DNA of 64,000 nt from a virus (taxonomy: Duplodnaviria; Heunggongvirae; Uroviricota; Caudoviricetes), in IMG/VR virus record IMGVR_UViG_3300042448_001193; one strand, written 5' to 3'. The position numbers and the translations under genes were made by a program. Below are positions 62,618 through 64,000 of this stretch, piece after piece. The notes under the pieces were generated by a model. It was not told the origin of the DNA and ran no database searches. It saw only the letters and a list, made by a program, of their open reading frames with translations. Each line of letters starts with the position of its first letter. Positions within the stretch are counted from its first letter, which is position 1.

Positions 62618-62645
62618 CGCCCAGAGTAAATCAATACTCTGGGCG
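62618..62645 (-). terminator. perfect 11-bp stem hairpin (cgcccagagta-aatcaa-tactctgggcg) downstream of AAA ATPase gene
   Basis: inverted repeat. Confidence 0.5.
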
Positions 62646-62660
62646 GTAAACATGTGTCAA

Positions 62661-63872
62661 TTAGAAAGGAATTTCTTCATCAACTGGAACGCGCTTCATT
62701 GTGGGAACAGCCTGTTCGTCAGCAGGAATTTTGGCTTTTGTAGCCTCAACGTCCAGTTTAGTGTACAAGTCAAGGAAGGATGTCTTGGTATCGATATCAA
62801 AACGATTCAGACACAAGCCAACAGCCTTCAGGCGGTCACCATGCACACCATAAGTTTTGCAGATGTGTACCAAACGGCGAGTGGAGATAATCTCGTCCAC
62901 ACCACCTTCTGCAAAGGTCTTCCGTGTGATATCAGCCCAAGTCACCAACAGATCGGCAAATTCATCATCTTGACGACCGAATGCAGCCATTTCCTTACGC
63001 ACAATTTTCTTTTCAACTGCGGTTGGTGGATATTCTTGTTCATAGGTATTCAAGAAACGCTCAAGGAAGGCTTCGTTCAAAACGTTGGTGAACATATAAC
63101 GACCATCATCGGAGCCTTTACCTTTTGTGTTAGCCGTAGCAACAACGGTAAAGCCCTCAGCGGGTGCAACCAATTCATTCTTCTTTTTCAGCAAGAATGG
63201 TTTGCCTTCCAGAACACGTTGGAGACATGCCAAATTCTGTGCACCATAATCGATTTCGTCAATACACAATACAGCGCCTTGGCGGGCTGCTACGGTAACA
63301 GGACCATCACGCCATTCCATCTGACCATTAATCAGTACATAGTTACCAAGCAAGTCGCCTTCATCGGTGTCAGGTGTCATTGACACACAGATAAATTTGC
63401 GACCAAGTTTGGCACAAGCCTGTTCGACGGACATGGTCTTACCGTTACCAGATTGACCAGTGATAAAGATGGGAAAGAATTGGTTGCTTTTGAAGATGGA
63501 AACCAAGTCATCAAAATTACCAAACGGAACATAATTCTTGTACTTTTGTGGAACAAGATTCTCAGTTTCCAACTGAGTTACAAGATTGGAGATTCGTGGT
63601 GCATCAACCACTTCTTTTTTAGTGTCTGGCTTTTTAGTAGTCATGGGAACAACATTTTGAACCAATGCAGTAGGCATTTTATACATGCCGCGTCCTGCGC
63701 GATTGGCTAGGTCTTTGAGGAACCATTGAGGTTCCTTGATATCATTTTCTGCACACAGGCTTTTGACTTCCTGCAATGTCATAAACTCTTTACCAGTTGC
63801 GCTGGCAATGGCAATAAACTTCTCACGCTTGTCCATCTGAATGGTACGCATAATAAACTCCAAATCAATCAA
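62661..63872 (-). CDS. MoxR/CobS-like AAA+ ATPase (AAA_5; GQSGNGKT Walker A)
   Basis: Walker A/B, 403 aa; CobS-like assignment tentative. Confidence 0.55.
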   Translation of the reverse strand: MIDLEFIMRTIQMDKREKFIAIASATGKEFMTLQEVKSLCAENDIKEPQWFLKDLANRAGRGMYKMPTALVQNVVPMTTKKPDTKKEVVDAPRISNLVTQLETENLVPQKYKNYVPFGNFDDLVSIFKSNQFFPIFITGQSGNGKTMSVEQACAKLGRKFICVSMTPDTDEGDLLGNYVLINGQMEWRDGPVTVAARQGAVLCIDEIDYGAQNLACLQRVLEGKPFLLKKKNELVAPAEGFTVVATANTKGKGSDDGRYMFTNVLNEAFLERFLNTYEQEYPPTAVEKKIVRKEMAAFGRQDDEFADLLVTWADITRKTFAEGGVDEIISTRRLVHICKTYGVHGDRLKAVGLCLNRFDIDTKTSFLDLYTKLDVEATKAKIPADEQAVPTMKRVPVDEEIPF

Positions 63873-64000
63873 ATCAATAAACTAATTATACAAGGAACAT
63901 ACCACAAAGTCAAGTGGTATGTTGTAAAAATCACACAGCAATTTCTGTAATGAATCGGTTCACAAGAACGCGGCTGACTTGCTTCTTTTTATTCATCTTG

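Noticed and set aside
1-64000. CRISPR arrays or other short regularly spaced repeats
   Set aside because: The only regularly recurring element is the about 60-bp promoter cassette, separated by genes of variable length (0.5-1 kb). There are no short, uniform spacers, so it is not CRISPR-like.

Overview
This 64-kb window reads as a T4-like (Tevenvirinae-type) myovirus genome segment. Protein similarities to T4 gp43, UvsX, gp41, gp61, gp44, gp62, gp45, RegA, DexA and Cd can be recognised directly from the translations. The T4 core order 45-44-62-regA-43-uvsX-(40)-41 is conserved on the minus strand, though heavily interrupted by insertions.

The window has three blocks:
- **1-3.1 kb, minus strand:** small genes, including a Pnk-like P-loop kinase.
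- **3.1-16.2 kb, plus strand:** an early-gene region of about 60 small ORFs, many translationally coupled. It is driven by at least 12 near-identical sigma70-type extended -10 promoter cassettes (TTGACAATTACC-N-CCTGGTATAATAGAG).
- **16.2-64 kb, minus strand:**
  - small Zn-ribbon genes, a DexA-like exonuclease and a SLOG-like protein;
  - a glycine-rich protein;
  - a nucleotide-metabolism operon: nrdB, thioredoxin, a secreted thermonuclease, nrdA, thyX and primase gp61;
  - a clustered lysis cassette: holin candidates, a GH19 endolysin and an i-/o-spanin pair;
  - a block of large, charged, repeat-containing proteins;
  - a glycosyltransferase/methyltransferase cluster;
  - helicase gp41, UvsX and family-B DNA polymerase gp43;
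  - two MazG-like pyrophosphohydrolases, dCMP deaminase, a metallophosphoesterase and an Hsp20;
  - the clamp/clamp-loader operon, with a GIY-YIG homing endonuclease inserted on the opposite strand;
  - a CobS/MoxR-like AAA ATPase at the right edge.

The most notable observation concerns seven proteins in the 32-46 kb block. They begin with T4 capsid-targeting-sequence-like leaders, M-[KNQ]-x-[FY]-[KR]-[EDQ]-[FLY]-[ILV]-x-E, the (L/I/V)xE gp21-protease site. This suggests a battery of packaged, injected proteins. Among them are an 843-aa HxGH-nucleotidyltransferase plus P-loop-kinase fusion (NadR-like), a KxDG ligase-like nucleotidyltransferase and a HicA-domain protein.

Other observations:
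- A multicopy small-protein family (7 paralogs; MNERIKELAEQ ... EKFAELIV-EC ... HFGVEE).
- The ~0.5-kb tandem in-gene duplications.
- An orphan promoter firing antisense into a convergent gene.
- No tRNA, rRNA or CRISPR arrays were found.

All functional calls rest on motif-level reading of the translations, without database searches.
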